From the NCBI GenBank assembly GCA_012295275.1, contig CM022670.1, positions 32,116,001-32,180,000 of the forward strand: DNA of 64,000 nt, written 5' to 3'. The notes beneath the pieces are model-generated. The model was not told the DNA's origin, made no database searches, and saw only the letters and a list, made by a program, of their open reading frames with translations. Position 1 is the first letter of the stretch, and each line of letters begins with the position of its first letter. Shown piece after piece: positions 14,933 to 30,061 of this stretch. A program made the translations under genes and the position numbers. The DNA is from Chrysomallon squamiferum. Lineage: Eukaryota > Animalia > Mollusca.

Positions 14933-15303
14933 GAAAAGATATTTATAGTACTAAAACACTGGTTCAGAAAGATATTTATATTAAAACAGGCTTGAAAACT
15001 AAAAAATGTATTAATATTAAAAGAGGTATGAAAAAGATATTTATAATATTAAAACATACGCTTAATAAAGATAATTATATTAAAAAAAGAACTAAAAAAA
15101 ATATTTATAATATTAAAACCAATTTAAAGTATTAAAACATAGGCTTAAACAGTTACTTATATTAAAACATAGGCTTTAAAAAATATATATATATATATAT
15201 ATTAAAACACAGGCTTAAAAAGATATTTATATTAAAACAAAAGCTTAAAAAGATATTTATATTAAAGCATAGGCCTGAAAAAGATATTTATAATATTAAA
15301 ACC
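14933..15303. repeat. Degenerate ~30-bp tandem repeat (AAAAAGATATTTATATTAAAACATAGGCTT-like)
   Basis: Roughly a dozen diverged copies visible; explains ORF 14917-15135. Confidence 0.85.
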
Positions 15304-18300
15304 CAAAGCTGAATGTAACATAACACTTTGGTTATCATCAAATTAGCACCAAGCTGATAGTTGAGAGAAAGTTTTTCGATGAGTCACAAATGATGTCATT
15401 TAAATGACTCTCAAACACTAACTTTTCAGACAAGTGTGGCCCAGCAGGAAGCTTAGAATGATTATTGATTCTAACTCAGAAGTGAATTAACATTTATGAA
15501 ACATGAGTAAAACACAAATGGAAAAAAAAGAAGAAGAAAAAGAGGAATTATAACCATCTAACAGCACAGATCCAGCCCTCCCTCTGCAGACTCGTCCCAC
15601 TCAGGCCACGCTGCCTATCAAGGAAGATCGGCTCGTATTCACACTTTGTAGAAAAATATTAGTTTTGCGGAAGAATCAATAAAACTCTTTTATGGAAATA
15701 ATTTTCATCTGAGAAGAAAGCAAGCTAGTTTTGCAGATGTTTCTGGCAGATAATGTAAGGCTTCATCATGACAAGTCATTACACTGTGATGACAGCGTTT
15801 ATGCAAAAGGAAATGTGGTCTGTTTATTAAATCCACATATCGGAATTGATTATTATTATATTTTTTATTATTAAAAAATAAAAATTCAATGGTTTACTGA
15901 AAATGAAGTAGTCTTTTAGACTGAGGGTTCTTTATTTAAGTTTGTCAAGACATTTCCAGAAATCAGAAAAAAATAATGATATCACAACTGTACTGATTAT
16001 ACCTACAGTTAATACATTATAAACACATTTTTTAAAATAAGAATAAGCAAGCAAAAACATCCCATTAAAAAAAAGTATAATAATAATATATAAATAAAAA
16101 AATATATAAAAATAAACTAAAATAAAATAAAAAACAAATTTGTTCTGTAAGTAATCTGAGATAATTTTACTGCTAATCAATAAAGAACTTACTGCCAAGT
16201 GTCACATCCTGATTGAGAAATAGTTAATCGTAACATTTACATTTACATTCTTTAATACATAGCTTAGAAAAATAAAATTAAAGAAGACACATTTTTAGTG
16301 GCAACTAAATAATAAATATTGAACAATACATTCTCTTTAATACTGATTTTATATGTTTACGTTAAATTTTAGATATGTTAACACAAACACCCACATACAA
16401 AAAAGTAAACTAATATATTTTAGATGCACACATACTGAAGCACACATTTAGGCACATACTGCAAAAACAAAGATATTTTTATGTTCATGTGTGCACACAC
16501 ACAGACAGCAAGACAGACAGAGAGAGAAAGAAGGGGAGGGAAGGAGATAAAAACACACAGAATAAACTGATACTGTTACATACACAGTGAAAGTAAACAG
16601 AAAAATGTGTTCAGGAGAAAGAGATAAAATCCATAACAAAATCATTACAACAACAATTAATACACATACAAAATAATTACCCAACAAAACGGTATTCAGT
16701 GGGGTATAACTGCATGCATTATTAACCTCTTTGAGTGGTACATGCTGGCAACAGCCAACCTAACACAGTTGTAATCAAATCGATATTTAACAATAATGGG
16801 TGTGACAAAAAAACCTTAAAAAAACCCAGCAAAACCCCCACTGTTTGCATATAAATGGGATCTGATTCAGTTATGTGTGTTTGTCTATTATTATTTAATT
16901 ATACTAATACTGTTTCACCGTTATCAGTACCTTTCATCAGTGCAATAAAAAAATAAAATAAAAAATAAATAATACCATTAATAGTTCACAGCTGGTAGGG
17001 ATCTCATTTAAAATGCTACAGAATTTACTTGTTCAGGATATGATATTTAATACAAAGGACATTTTGGTCTAAAGATATCATGCTGACATGCCAAAAATGC
17101 TAATTAATGATTTTGCCCATTTAATAATAAATCATCATAGAAATCTATTGTCAGTATGTGAATATATTTGAATACATTATAACACACTTCACACAGATAA
17201 TTTAATAATGGAATTTAGAAACATCAGTATGTGATGCTAGAAGAATATTACATTTATAACAATAATTTTAACATCAACAAATTAAAAAATGTTTGTGACT
17301 GGCAACACAGAATAATAATATTTTAAATAATAATAATAATAATATTTTTAAAACAGACTGCATTGATAATAATCATTCATCAAGGCTTTAATACATGAAT
17401 TACATCACAATAAAGTCATATTTTTATTTATTTATTTACAAACTATTTTTTTTCTAAATTTTACCTGAAATAAACATCCAAGAGATAATGATCCTCCTTA
17501 CAATCAACCTAATTAGTTAAATTAATTATCAGCATCATTGACTGAACACCAAGCAAAAGTTTTTCCTTCTTTATTCTTAACACAAATGTGCAATGTGGAA
17601 GGTAATTCAATCAGCACAGGATGTATGTTGCTCTTTTACATTGCCAAACCACAAATAAAGATTTTAAAATTTATGATAATAAATTTGAAAACAAAAGTAC
17701 AAAATAACAATTTTTGTAATAACCAAAGTAGCCACACTAATTAGAAGAAAAAAAATCAAAGTTCATTCTTGCAAATGGTTACAATGGTAACAGAAATAAA
17801 TCTCAAAGCCTGTCTTAAGCTGACCGATTTAATCACGATTCACAGTTAATGTGATGACACTACACCAGCAGGTGTGGGAAAAGTCAATAATAAAAACAAT
17901 GTATGTGATTAAGTGTATAAAACATATCGGGGATTAACATAACTTTATTAATCCTTGAAAAAAACACAACCCCAAAACAAATCACCATCATTAACTGGAT
18001 GACAGATTCACCGGATACCTTTGAAATGAGAATCTGTGTAGAAGTTTCCCTGGCCTGAGCTAATTGATCAGCATTAAAATCTATTTCATTAGGAAGCCTC
18101 TATAAAAATAAAAGAGTAGACATTGTTCTCTCGATGACAGAGTGCCCATGGCCATGATTTAATTTGAACATACGGCCATTATAAAGTTGGTGGGGTGTCT
18201 TTTATCTTCCTGAAATATTAATTACGTCCTGAAATCAATAACAAGAGTGCAGCCTTTGGATGCTGGTGAAATCTTTCATCCATCATTCCTCGCAGAAACA

Positions 18301-19340
18301 TTAAAGCTCATTAATTATACAGGAAGTACAAGTTTTTATCAGTAATACCTGAATGCGACATATGACAGGTTTCCTGCCAGGAATGTATTCTTGTCTCCTG
18401 AGTCACACACACTATGGCTGCCCACTAGACCATGACATGCTTCTTTATTCCATCTGACTCAGCTGGCCTCTCCATTCCAGTCACTTTTTTCTTTTTCACT
18501 GATTACTTTTTTTATTATTATTGTTATTATTTTGTCCAAAGCTTAGATTCGATATAAAGAATTAGCAACACTTGAATAATTCTGAAAATGGACATTTTTT
18601 ATTTTGATTACAATAACAAAATAATGATAATAAAATATTATTAAAAATGAAGAAGGAAAAAAATAAAACAAGTAATTATCTTGTTACATGCATTCCTTCC
18701 TCAGTGGCTTTAAATGAAATTATTGATTTTTGTGTGAGCTTTTAGTTTACTTTTATTTCAAAGACTTTATTATTTCCATGGATCATGGTTAAACACTGCA
18801 TTCATCTGTCTAGTGTTATTATCACATTTATGCCTCGAGTTTCATGAAATATAAATCTACTGTACTGAGTGGCTGGCTCATAACATTTCACATAAAGTTT
18901 TAAAAACAAAAAAGTTTAAGCGCTTCTTCATTTCAGGTTTCATATCTGTATTGTTTAAAACTGCAGGAAATGTTATTTTCCCATAACTTTAACTTCACCC
19001 TAGAAATAATTAAGTTTAAACAATGAAAATATAACTTTTTCAAACCACCTCTTACTGAAATGAAAACTGTAATAAGTTATGAAACCTTGAAATGTAATCT
19101 ATTTCGACTAACTTTTACTGATATAAAAATATAAAAACACAATTTAAATTGAAAGCTTTAGAAAATAATGTTGTCCACAATTTGGTATCAGGTAACTTCA
19201 CTGTAGGAAAGAAACTATGTAACCATAAATTTATAATGCATTTAGTGTGACTTTAAATGAAATTCTTTTTTTTAAATCCCTTATTCCTTTAATTTGTAAA
19301 GAAATTTTTCCAAATAGATGTGAACACTTGTAAAGAAGTT

Positions 19341-19552
19341 GTGTGCTGTTTTTGGATGTGGTGTACAGTTTTTGGATGTTGTGTACAGTTTTTGGATGTG
19401 GTGTACTGTTTTTGGATGTGGTGTACAGTTTTTGGATGTGGTGTACTGTTTTTGGATGTGGTGTGCTGTTTTTGGATGTGGTGTGCTGTTTTTGGATGTT
19501 GTGTACAGTTTTTGGATGTGGTGTACTGTTTTTGGATGTGGTGTACAGTTTT
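19341..19552. repeat. Minisatellite, 20-bp unit GTGT(A/G)C(A/T)GTTTTTGGATGT(G/T), ~10.6 copies
   Basis: Directly visible near-perfect tandem array; explains three overlapping spurious ORFs. Confidence 0.97.
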
Positions 19553-20053
19553 TCTTAGTTGATTAGTTCTGAATGAACATTGATGTCAGTAAACGTAAAT
19601 ATACCATTTACTTTTTTTTTATGTTGCCTGATCTCAGGTCTTTATGTTTTATTTTTTAACCAAGAAAAACAAATTAGTAAAAAAAATTGTTTACAAAGTT
19701 TAATTTATTGTAGATTTTTACTAAAAATTAGCTTAGTAAATTGGCGTAACAGTGCTCCAAACAGTGTTTTTGAAAAAAATAATAAAAAAAATAATAAATA
19801 ATGATATGGCAGCTTGTTTTAACTGCAAAATATTACAATAATATAATATTAGCTGGTTATCGAACAATATTCTTAAGTAAAATTTCTTATTCACAACACT
19901 AACACCTTTACTAATATTGTTAAAGAAACTTTAATATTTGGTTGTTTTGAATTATCTAACACTTACATCTAATACTGACATGCATAAATTTAATACAAAA
20001 GCATACACTGTCAATTACACATACATACTCAGTACCATATATGTATACATATG

Positions 20054-20055
<2 letters not shown>

Positions 20056-20089
<34 letters not shown>
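20056..20089. repeat. (CA)n microsatellite; others at ~20969-21020, ~36008-36042, ~36755-36780, ~45316-45335
   Basis: Directly visible. Confidence 0.97.
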
Positions 20090-20093
<4 letters not shown>

Positions 20094-20967
20094 TTCTGTT
20101 ATGTATCCTCCATGTAATGTGTATACAAACACACCTATAAACCTGCGCAATAAACAAACTACACATAAAGACAAACCACACACTATTTATTTAATAATGC
20201 TCTGATGATTATAATTTTTGTGCAAGATGACTGTTTTCTCTATTATAAAGACAAATACAATTTCTGTTTATCAAACAATTTCCACCTTTCTTTAAATATT
20301 TATATTAAACATTATATTTTGTTGTATGAATATATCACGTACATACTTTCAGTCATCTGACAATCTGGTATTACAATAATGTATGTTGCAAAGTAAGTTA
20401 AAATAACCAGCCAAATGAAAACATTAAAAAAAAAAAAAGAAATCAATAAAAAAATCATTAAGGCAGATTAAATGACATTCAAAAAAAAAAAAAGGAAAGA
20501 CATTTTTTTTTTAAAATAAGTATTTAGATAAATAAATAACTGAAATTTCCAAACAATAAATTGTTTTACAAGTACAGAAACTCTGATACATTATAAATAT
20601 TATCTAAACATTTGAATGTCACCAAAAAGAAACAGTAAACTTAAAATCCCTGGACTTAGATGACTGGCCTGTATATATGGTGTCAGAACACTAGAAAATA
20701 TTAACAAGTTGTATTTATCAACTTAATTTTGTTTCAGCAAATGTGGAATAACACTTAATTTTAAAAACAAATAATTTAACAAAACTATTTGACACAACCA
20801 AATCTATCACATTAAAAATAGTCATGTTTGTAAATGTTTTCAAAGGTGAATGTAGTTCAAAGAAAGTGCTATATAATTTGCATTTAAATGTAATCTGCAT
20901 ATAAATGTCATAAACAGTTGTATAGTTTTGTCATCAAATATGTGATTTATGTTATGAGTTTGTCTGG

Positions 20968-21002
<35 letters not shown>

Positions 21003-24000
21003 ACACATACACACATACACAAAGACCCACCCACAAACACACAAACAACACATACACAAAAGCACACAGAGAAAGAAAGAAAGAGATTGTGATAAATTAA
21101 CTTATTAGGCTGATTGTAAAGAATATTTTTATCTCTTGCATGTTTAAGATAAAATGAAAAGAGAAAGAGGTGGATTGATGTATATAAATATAACACAAGG
21201 TAATAAAATAAAGCCATTAACTCTCATATTAAGTTAATTTCATATTTAGAGTAAGAAATAAACAAATGAGTTATGATAAACAAACACCCAGATGAATACA
21301 GATGACATATCAGGTTTCCACAGGAAAACTGTCTTCAGTCACTCAGATAGAATGTCCTCATCATGTGCTGCATTTGCATAATCTGATGCCACAGGTATAA
21401 ACTTCCTACAATGGACACTTTACAAATATACACAGACTCACCAAATACTTTAGAAAAGTGTTTGTAGGCTTTACTATAAGCAGAATGCGATAGAAACATT
21501 AAGGTGCAGCTTGACATCAATTATAATAATGTACTTTGTCCGTATACAGGTGTTGATAAAAATATGTAATGATGTATACATCTGTGGTATCAATAACAAG
21601 GCAATACTGGGTTTTTTTCTGAACTGAAAATTTTATTATAAATGAAATACTAATTATGATAGTGTGAGACAAAATTTAAGGCATAAATATAAGTCTGGTT
21701 GTTTGGATTTTTCTAGCTTTTCACCCCCAGACACAAACTTATGTGGCTTCCATGCTAATACACAAGATTTGAGTAAACAATAAAATGAGAATCATTAATC
21801 TTTTTTCAAAATATCAGAAACTGAAGACATTTTCAAAACATTATTTTGTATAGTAATCATTTATAAACATCATTCTTTAATTTTTTTTAAATTTCCAAAA
21901 TGTTGTTAAAAATAAATATATTACACATCATCTAAAGCATTACTGTGAAGTGGTTATAATAATTTGACTCATCACGTTGAATTCTTGATGCATGTGTCAA
22001 TGACAATGTTACTTGTATTATTGGATATGGATCAATACAGATGGCCACCTGACCATCACAGCCACAAATTAGGCAAACATGATGAGTAAACAATCTTGAC
22101 AACTGTCCACTGACACAATTAAATCTCATTTACACTGAAGTGTGAAGTTACCAAAGTATTCCCTGTCAGATTAGAAATGTGTAACATGTCCAACAAGGTT
22201 ATAGGTCATCTGGTGGAATAATGGCATCAACTGTCTTTAGTGGACCCAAAGAATTATTTCCTGCTCTAACCAATGCCTCTGATACATCAAAGATCATAGA
22301 GTTTTGTTGTTCTGAAAATAATATAAAATTTTGCCCCTTACTGCCAGTCAAGAAAGATTCTAGTTTCCATTCTAATAAATGTTAACAACTAAAATATGTT
22401 TAATTGTCCACTGAATTTAGGGTCAAATTAAATTATTTAGAATCAGAATTTTTCTGTTTATTACATATTATACAAATAAAAATATTTTTCAGTTATTTTG
22501 GGTACTAAAAGAATTGTTTTTGTGTATATTTATGAACAGTCATACTTGTTTTTATGCTAGGTCTTCAAATAAATTATATCTATAAAAATAAAACATCAGC
22601 ACTGAAAAAAGAAATAATTTACATAATTTGAGTATATTCTAAAAAAAACCCATCTGTATCCAACATCCAGCATTTACAATATACAGTAACACTGGTATTC
22701 AATTTCATATGTAACATACAGTTCATAACAGATTGGTCCCATCGTAAAAACATCAATAATTAAATACATTTCCCTGCCATAATTCAATCATAATGAACTT
22801 CAGCTTCATTTCAAGTCTTCACATGGATGAGTACTTTTGTATTAACAATCTGTTGCCCTACCAAACAATATATGTAAAGACATATTGCTTGATGTCGTTT
22901 CCAGTAATTCCTGGGATGCCCAAATGCACTAATTTCTGTTTTTCCACTGATGGACATTCTGAAAGGAGGGTGTTGACAAGGAATAAAATGGTTGTCAGAA
23001 TGGACAGTTTGTTTCAAAGATATAACAGTGTGTGTCATTGAATGAATATACAGCAGAAAATATTAAATCTGTATTATAGTTTGATTGATTCTTGAGGGTT
23101 TTTTAAAAATTATTATTTAGTTGCCTTAGTTTATTAAGTTAACATTTCCATCCATTATTATACTTCATAAAAGAATTTTTTTATTGTAAATATATTTATT
23201 ACAGGTATAGATTTGATATAATTAAACTTTGTTATTTTGGCATTAGAAAGTTAAATAAAATAATTAATTTATATAAACTGTTTCAGCAATGATACAGGTA
23301 AAATGTTAGTTCAGTACATGTTTCATTATTTTTAATTTATTATACAAGTATCCAAATAAACTAATGTAAACAAATCCTTTATTAATTTATATACATGGGA
23401 AATTAGTGTAATAAAATGTTTTAGAAATTCTTTTCTTCTGGACAGAGTAAATTTTCACAATTATTTATAAATGTACAGATCACACTAACATTTCATTATA
23501 AAGTGAAAAGCAAATTCATTTCATGCCAGATGATTGATTCTTACAATGATGTTTAGTAAGAACCTAACCGATGAATTATTTCATTTTAAAAAACTTAGGT
23601 AACAGTTTATTTATAATTACAAAGTAGACAACAACCATTTTAACACCTGCGGTGGTGACAGCATTGGTTTTTAAAAAACCATCAGTTGTCTGTAAATCTA
23701 AAATGCTATGGCCTTGAGATTTTATAATTGTATATGTAAATGTATGTTGTAAATGTATAATCCTTACCAGCTTAAAAACAGTAACATCTGCTTTTATGGT
23801 ATCTACAGAAAGCCTCTTATCTGAAATAATTATTTATGTGAGACCCATTTTTGAAATAAATCCAAAACAACCATACAAACAACCAAGCATACATATATTC
23901 AGGTAAACATATAATTCAACAAAGAACATGCTAAGTGTTTTATGGAGCGTATAGGGTGTTTTTCATGTAATAAATAAACTGATGCATAAAGAGATTTTTC

Positions 24001-24196
24001 TACAAGCTGTTACAAGATTTCTGTTGTTTTTCATCCAGCTTTTCATTTTCAAGTCATACTTTTCTGATTACGCTTGGCTGTTCTCTTTTTTATGGAAGTG
24101 GAGATCTAAAAGAAATAGAAACTTAATTCTTTTTTTCCTGATTCTGTTTTATGTACATATAAAAATTTAATTTAATACTTTAATAAAACTTGAACA

Positions 24197-24201
<5 letters not shown>

Positions 24202-24243
<42 letters not shown>
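24202..24243. repeat. (GA)n microsatellite
   Basis: Directly visible. Confidence 0.97.
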
Positions 24244-24248
<5 letters not shown>

Positions 24249-27200
24249 ATTTCAAAATTTTCATGTAGTTTTTCTTAGCTTAAGTAAAATTAATTTTCAT
24301 CTTTAAATGTTTTGAAGTTAAGCCAATTATCACTAATACAGGAAAAGCATGAAAAGAAATTGTGGTAAAATGCTTTGGTGATTTTACTGAAGATGATTAC
24401 CATGTGTATGCATGTCAATAGTTTACCGCCTCTAAATGTTAATGCCTTTATTGGGTAGACAAACCTAAACATTTTAATTATATATTCATAATTTGAATAT
24501 GAAAATATATGTTGTGCTTTGGTGTGTCTGCACAAGTGCAGTATTACATGGAAATTAACCTCTAAATAAAGTCTTATTGTAAATTAACAGTTAAGCAGTT
24601 ATTAATGGTCAAATGATCAGCATTTTCATTTTAATTATCATATTTCTGATTTGTCAATTCCAACTTACCCTTTGGTCATTATTAACTAAAGGTAATGATA
24701 CTTCACACTTTCTTGTTATAAATAGCCAGCTTGATGGGGTCAGCTTTGTTAATACTTGATAGACAACTCAAATCTGTAAGTGTCTGTGTGTTCAAGCCCC
24801 ATGTTCCGAATGTCAACAGTGAAGATAAACTTTCCTCACAAATCATTAGGATAGCAATTTGTTAACTGAGTTTCACTCCCACTGGAAGAGTTTTAGTCTG
24901 AAAACACCACCATTATTTCACTGTTATTTCATGGGATTATCTGTTGTGTACTTGTATAGATAAATACTCTGTGGTGGCCACGCTTCAAGCAGACTCTAGG
25001 TACAGAAATATGAAGATACCATATTTCTGACATTGTTGTTTATAAATCCCTGAAAGAATCCCAACTGTTAATGATATTAAAAGTTTTGAAAATATGATTT
25101 TTATGTTACCCACAGGTAATATGTAAAATACCTAATTTATAACAAATTATGTGTTACAAAGATGGCTGATAAATTTGCAAGTTATGGACTTGACAGATTC
25201 TGCTTATGTTGTAATTTATCTTCTCTAAAGATGGCTGTTGTGTTACATATAGTCATTCTGAAAAAAAATAATTTTAATTATAATCTATTTTTCAACAAAT
25301 AAATGAATGAAAGAACAATATAAAATAAAGTTTGAATGAATGGATGTTTCTAATATAAATCAGTAAATAATACAAAAATTAGTTATTAGATGTCAGAGTT
25401 AAATATGATAAATAATTGAAATTTAAGCAGATTTTTTAAATGATGTTATCTATATTCAGTTCCACAACATTTAGTAAGAAAATTTAATAACTGAATGACA
25501 GGTGTAAAACAGTTTGATTAGCTTTCATCAATGATCATTTATGTTCAGTATATTACTGTCATTTCCACAACTCATCCATAGTGTGAAAAATATTTTAACT
25601 ATATTAAAAACATAACAAGAAAGCTGTAATCCTTTCTGACAATTACGACTTTATCATATTCAACCAAAAGACATGAATCAAATTATCTGACAAGTGAATT
25701 CTAGTGAGTACAAAAATAAATAAATTAAATAAAAATCTTCAAAAAATATGTTCTTTTAATATTTCCTGAGGTATTTTATGAATATAATAAAATATTAACA
25801 CACAAGTGGTATGCAACTGACACACCTAATCCTAATAATAATAGCAACACGTAACAACCATCACCTAGCAAGTTGCAGAAATATTCTGTTCAGACTGAGT
25901 GTCACTGGGGCATTGAGAACATTATGTGTCAAATGTTACCTTTTGCTTGAAACACAGCCCACACCCAGAAATACTGGTTTAAGCTCTCCACAAAATTAAG
26001 TTGTTGTGAATGGAACAGTTGAGAGAGAAACATGTTTTGACAGACAGTATTTATCTACTGTGTTTATCAAAGGATTAAGGAAGAAAAAAAATAATCACAA
26101 ATGACCAGCTTTTTAAAATATAGGATAAGTAAGTAATTTGAAGTATTACGAAGCATGAAGAATTATTCAAAAGATTCACTGGTTCAAATCAGTCTAATAA
26201 GCTATAGTTAATTAAAGATTTTTAAAATGATAAATAATGTTTATTTAATAACTCTTGAATGAATTTTTTAATTTTTTTTTTTTTTTTTTTAAATTGTATT
26301 TTACAAATTAAAACATATTTAAGACCAAATTAGAAAAAAGAAGAAAAAAAGGATTAAATCAAAATATTAATAACAAGCTACCCCTACAAAATATGACACA
26401 AATTAGAAGAATGGTAAAGATTATTATTATTTAACATTTATATAATAATTAATCATACATTTAAAAATCAAATGAATATACTGGATTATTTTCTTCTATA
26501 TATACATGTATATTTTAAAATTAATTTTTACTATAATTCATGAACATATTAAGTAGTACAATCCAGTAATCACATCTTCAACTAAACACTTGTTGTTGTT
26601 TTTTTAACCCACTGGCTAATGCTTTGTTTACAGTGGAGTATCATTGAATACATTCAGATTTCATTTCATACATTGTGAACAATCTCAGAAAGAGGAAATA
26701 ATTCAATGGATCCATTTAGATGGATTGATCCAGTAACCCATCAGGGCTAAGGCATATTTAGTTCCATTAAACTTTATCCTGCAGGGATTTATCCTTTTTA
26801 TTTTATTTTTTTAAAACCCACATATGTGGAACTGGTAGTAGAAGAAAACAAGGAACAAGGAGGAAAATAATAATTAATCATACTCAGAAGGTAATTACAG
26901 ACACTGGACTCATTTTACTTCTTTTTTTATAAACCTTAGATGTTGAACATTATAAATATAATTATCTAGTTACATGTATTTAAGACCAAATAAGGCTTTG
27001 TAAATATGTTTCCCTAATGTTTGGAATTTGTCACAGTGATGTGTAAAAAGCAAACTGTCATCATTTAATTATTCATCAAAGGTTGTGATGAAAACTGTGA
27101 ATCACACTAAACATAAAAGTCGTTACACACAAACTACTAATCCCTGACTCAGTCTTTGTAATTCATTATTAACATCCATGTTACAGCTAATCCGTAACTC

Positions 27201-30061
27201 AACATGGGCTCACTGCTCATTTCACAACATCGGGGTTCCTCGGTGCAAACATTTGGATCCACAAAATGATCAACACAAACAAAAATTATGCCAAGTCACT
27301 AAGCCCAGCAGGGTGCTCACTACACTGTACTATAGTGGTTTTACTAAGTAATATTCAAACTAGATAACCCTGAAATTGGAATTATCTCATTTACTCCTTT
27401 CAACTTGTACAGAGGTTGTTAAGTTTAGTACATATATTGTGTTGATTTCTAATGCTTCACTGAATCAAAGGATCAAGACCGGATAGGAAGGAAAATACTT
27501 GGGTACCTAAACTGAAAAAAAAAAACAACTAGAACATAAAGATTAACTCTGCATGAGGTGATGTCGGTACACAGATTCACTATAAATATTTATAGCTTGA
27601 CAAGTTGTCACAGATGTATACTAATTACATATTCTGTACATGTATATATGTGTTTGAGTGTTTGTATGTTTGTATATATATCATACATAAACCTGTGATA
27701 TATCAATGAATAAAAACTGAAAGACAACTGAATCAATGAATTTTTTTGTATTTTAAACCTGAATGCATTTCTGTACTTGCTATAAGATATCATCAAATAT
27801 TATGAGGGTTTTAAATTAATGATAATCTTTAGAAACAATATAATTTTATATATATATAATGGGAAACAGACCAACATGTACACAATAAAGAACTGATCTT
27901 CTGATTTTCTAGTTAGTTATTACAAATTCCAAACTTCAGAGAATAAAGATGCTGCATGGCCTTAGTTGTGAGGCAAGTAGAGATTCAGAGAAACTTAAAA
28001 CAGCACCACGGCACATACCTGTGTTTCAATGACCAAATGGATGAGAAAACATTAAAATTAGTAGTAAATGTATCTGAAGTGGCTCAGGATAAATGTCCTG
28101 CCATCAAAATACATTCATCTGGGATACAGACCAGATATTGCTTAATTCATTTAACAAATGAGTAAATAATTTGTTTATCATCTTATGTCTTGAGATAGAG
28201 AGAAAGAGAAATAGAAAAAACAGTTAAGTTGTAATAAAATATTACATGCTCCAAAAAGAAAAAGAAAAAGAAAAAGGGAAACACATTATAACAATTTAAA
28301 TATTTTTAAATTACTATTAAATCAATATCTGTTTTAATAATATCAACATTTAAGTTCACAAATGACAACTGTTATTTAATTATTTATAATTCATTTCACC
28401 ATTTCTGTTCATTCCAGTAAATAATATTTAATAGTCTTTGCTCATTTGTACTAGATGCCAAAAAAAAAAAAACATTAACCTTGAATTATTCATTACTTTT
28501 ATTATTTATTTTATTGTGTGTGGATGTGTTGTTGTTTTTAACATTTTGTATGCTCAACAGAAAAAAAGAAAAATTATTTAAAATGCCAGAATAAACTGTA
28601 AATAAACAACTACACAAAGCAAAAAAATACTAATAATAATAATACTAATAAAAAATAATTAAATAAATTAAAAAAATAAAATGTGATGCGTAACTGGCCA
28701 ATTTTCTGAAGAATTCAATAAAACTAGTTTGTATTCAAGTAAAAAAGAAACCTGTATCACGCATTACACTGACAGTAATTTTATTATCACACCTTGTTTT
28801 CTCTTCAACACATAACAAGGATGACAGAAGTTATTCTAGGTACATGTTATTGTGTCTTCATAAAGCACCAAATTTGGATACAAAATAAAAGTCTTGTGTA
28901 TCCTAAATGGACTACACACCATGAACAGCTGGGATTGGTGATTATACATAGATTGCCACGTGCCATCAAAAAGCTGATAAACTCATAAATAGACCAAACA
29001 CAATGGCCCATTGAAAGGGTGGCTAATGGTTGAGTGGTTATGTATACCCAGGGAGCAGGCCAGCTGTCGAGCTGACTGGGTTTTCTCACAGATAATTGCT
29101 TGGCTGCCCACCCTGTGAGAAAGGTGTTCGGGTATAATTAGCTTGGTCGCACAATGCTACATAAGCTGCAGTACAACAAAAATCTGTTGCAAAAACAAAC
29201 ATACACACGTTCTCTCTTAGTGGTATTTTTGTTGCATTTTATTTTTATTTATTTATTTATTTATTTTTGTTTAAATTTATTTTCATATATATTATTTTTT
29301 AATATTTATTTACTTTAAATATTTTTATATACATTTTAAATAACTTAGAATATCCATTTATACTTTCTTTTCTTGTTGTTGCTGTTATTATTATTACTAA
29401 AACAAAATTCAGCATTATAAATCTATATTTAATTAATACAAATGGACATGAGGATTAATAAATCTGTATTTTCATTACAAGTGTAACATATAATTAATCA
29501 GATATGGTGCATATCACATTACAGGCCAATGTGTATGTAATGATAGATAATGGACTGCATTCAACTGTAACAGTTTTCAGTTGGCTGATTGGTGGAAAGT
29601 TGCATCAGCATTATTTCTGGTTTCAAATGAACTCTATTGTAAATAACTTTCAGTGACATTGCCTTCTAAAAACTGTGTTGTTTATCAAAAAAAAAAAAAA
29701 AAAAAATGTAAAAAGTAAAACAAACTGCCTAGCAATTATAGAAGCTAAGACAGAAATATGGGCAATAAATGAAACATGAAATAGTTAAGTAATTCAGAGT
29801 AAGATGGTTCCAAAAGATTCAAAGAAAAAGAAGAAAGAAGAAAGACCATCAGTAATATTTTAATGTGCTTTTAAAGGTCCTACAGACTTTCATGTTATTT
29901 TTTATAAAGATAAATAAGTAAGTTTTAAAAACATTTATAATAATACTGCTAATGTCAACACTTAATTATTACCATAATACCTTTTTGTTAGAATACACAA
30001 ATCTAACATGAATAAAACATACAGAATCAATTTATATTCAGTGAATTTACATTTATAATAA

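Noticed and set aside
19320-19566. Three overlapping Cys/Trp-rich repeat ORFs; superficial CRISPR-like periodicity
   Set aside because: A 20-bp tandem minisatellite without spacers, in a eukaryotic intron; open frames follow from a stop-free unit.
24730-24810. tRNA gene (B-box-like GTTCAAGCC); similar hint at ~4175-4255
   Set aside because: No cloverleaf can be formed; at most decayed SINE heads.
29083-29121. Su(H) paired site
   Set aside because: Orientation is tail-to-tail and spacing is ~25 nt, not the head-to-head 15-17-nt arrangement.
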